Virus record (IMG/VR): IMGVR_UViG_3300006945_000003
DNA: 39,797 nt
Origin: a virus
Direction: 5' to 3' (one strand)
Shown: positions 38,726 through 39,797 of the stretch, piece after piece
Numbering within the stretch: the stretch's first letter is position 1
Layout of the letters: each line of letters begins with the position of its first letter
Program-made: the position numbers and the translations under genes
The notes under the pieces: generated by a model
Seen by the model: the letters and a program-made list of their open reading frames with translations, nothing else
Told to the model about the DNA's origin: nothing
Database searches by the model: none

Positions 38726-39211
38726 TCAGCCACGCGTGCATGGCGGGACGAGTACCGTGTACGCTGTTCCGATCGCTTCATTGCGACCGTTGTAGGCGAT
38801 CACGTAGGCCTGAACCGGCACGAGGCATTGGAGCTGCTGGTAGAAGTAGCCGCTCGTGGTGTGGAAATCGACCGGCCAGCTCGCGCATCCATAGGCCCGG
38901 TTCTGCCCGTAGGCAGACGTCACCGTGATACAGTGCCAGCCTGGATCATGACCGATCTCCGTCGAGTGCCACACGCGGGCGACCGGGCTCCAGTTCGAGG
39001 TGTACAGCCAGACCTCGAACCGGCAAATCGTCCATACCCCGGAACAATCAGCCTGAGCCGTGGTGTTCCAGTAGACCCGAACCTGTGGAAGGGTCGGGTG
39101 CTGTTCCAGCACTGCAGAACCGATCGCCCCGAGGGCACGCGCCGGCGCTGGGGCAAGTGCGACTGGCACGATCGCCAGGATGATCGCGAGCATGATGACG
39201 AGCTTCCGCAT
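38726..39211 (-). CDS. Secreted Cys-containing protein of unknown function (moron candidate)
   Basis: 161 aa. The signal peptide is MRKLVIMLAIILAIVPVALAPAPARA. The mature part has 7 Cys. It is bracketed by a terminator and a hairpin. Confidence 0.6.
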   Translation of the reverse strand: MRKLVIMLAIILAIVPVALAPAPARALGAIGSAVLEQHPTLPQVRVYWNTTAQADCSGVWTICRFEVWLYTSNWSPVARVWHSTEIGHDPGWHCITVTSAYGQNRAYGCASWPVDFHTTSGYFYQQLQCLVPVQAYVIAYNGRNEAIGTAYTVLVPPCTRG

Positions 39212-39246
39212 GCTTTCCCCCTCTCTTGTCCTCTCTTCTGGGCACG

Positions 39247-39272
39247 AAAAACCCCCGGCATAGAGCCGGGGG
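39247..39272 (-). terminator. Intrinsic terminator
   Basis: The minus strand reads CCCCCGGC-TCTAT-GCCGGGGG followed by TTTTT, 42 nt after the stop of the 39314-39790 gene. Confidence 0.7.
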
Positions 39273-39313
39273 TGAACGAGTCTCTGCCGGTTGTTCAGGG
39301 GGTGCGCGGGCGC

Positions 39314-39790
39314 TCATTCCTCGGGCGCTCGTATCCTCTCGAGTGGCACCTGGATACTCCGCTGCTCGTCAGGCGTGAACTGCACCACGAGCGTGGCGGT
39401 ACCGTCCTGCCGGGGCTCGCAAGAGAGCACGGCCATCCTCCAGCCACGCTCGACGCGCGCCCAGCGAAGCGATGCGTCTTCGCGCACGTACTCCTGCAGC
39501 ACGCTCGTCACCTTGTCGGGGTCGAGCACCGTCGATCCACAGGACAGCGAGGCAGTCATGACGGTGGCCAGTGCGTCGAGCAAGGGCCGGGGCTCCATGC
39601 CAACCCGCACCGGATCTGGCGGTCCCGTCGTTTCAGCCTCGCCTGTCAGCTTTCCCTTCCGCTGTAGTGCCCGCACGGGTGCGTCGTCGACGCTCGGGAG
39701 GCTCATCACGATCTGTGCTGCCTCGCAGGCCAGGAACACGATCCCGAGCAGTAGGGCTGCGGTGACGAGCGTGGGAACGAGACGCCTCAT
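39314..39790 (-). CDS. Membrane-anchored or lipoprotein-like protein of unknown function
   Basis: 158 aa. The N-terminus MRRLVPTLVTAALLLGIVFLAC is a signal/anchor with a possible lipobox Cys. In the circular genome it directly follows the GH18 tail gene, with RBS GAGGGGAG. Its first 116 nt are duplicated at 1-116. Confidence 0.6.
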   Translation of the reverse strand: MRRLVPTLVTAALLLGIVFLACEAAQIVMSLPSVDDAPVRALQRKGKLTGEAETTGPPDPVRVGMEPRPLLDALATVMTASLSCGSTVLDPDKVTSVLQEYVREDASLRWARVERGWRMAVLSCEPRQDGTATLVVQFTPDEQRSIQVPLERIRAPEE

Positions 39791-39797
39791 GTTATGC
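39675..39797. repeat. Right copy of the 123-bp terminal direct repeat
   Basis: Identical to 1-123. Confidence 0.95.

Larger units (their letters stand above)
1..39797. mobile_element. Complete temperate tailed-phage genome (siphovirus-type, HK97-fold capsid), circularly closed contig or terminally redundant; unique length 39,674 bp
   Basis: One unit contains every hallmark module: terS/terL, portal, HK97 protease and capsid, connectors, tail tube, chaperone frameshift, tape measure, Dit/Tal, lysis cassette, integrase with attP-like tRNA fragment, repressor/Cro switch, and replication module. Bases 1-123 equal 39675-39797. Confidence 0.85.

Overview
The window is one complete genome of a high-GC temperate siphovirus-type phage. 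Bases 1-123 are identical to 39675-39797, so the unique length is 39,674 bp. Most genes lie on the minus strand in a single transcription direction, running 28177 down to 134 and then wrapping to 39790 down to 36301. In order these are: a Cro-like RHH and an excisionase-like HTH; early genes; a recombination/replication module with an iteron origin inside the initiator gene; a regulator; a VUT/YhhQ-like transporter; terS, an unusual 462-aa gene, and terL; a portal-MuF fusion; an HK97 protease-scaffold; the HK97 capsid; connectors; the tail tube; the G/GT chaperone frameshift; the tape measure; Dit; Tal; a GH18 tail enzyme; two secreted morons; and a holin/endolysin cassette. The plus strand (28297-36107) carries the lysogeny and accessory arm. 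It holds an XRE repressor, an ImmA protease, a secreted SNase-Excalibur nuclease, a visibly lower-GC island, and a tyrosine integrase. The island encodes an XRE-ImmA-like protease, a DUF4411/PIN-like protein, and a beta-class DNA methyltransferase fused to an Mrr-like nuclease domain. The integrase sits beside an attP built on the 3' half of tRNA-Lys(CUU). Best leads: (1) the YhhQ-like transporter plus a ParB-linker/TGT-like multidomain protein wedged between terS and terL, a candidate minimal salvage-type 7-deazaguanine DNA-modification system; (2) the low-GC candidate defence island next to the integrase; (3) 17 helically phased TCGTGAC iterons inside the replication initiator gene; (4) an in-frame TGA splitting the Tal tail protein from a 66-codon extension, followed by a diverged duplicate of the same module; (5) a eukaryote-type C2H2 zinc finger encoded in the head module; (6) a ~150-aa protein with sliding-clamp (DnaN)-like motifs. 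All family assignments come from motif recognition by eye and recalled reference sequences. No search or computation was run.
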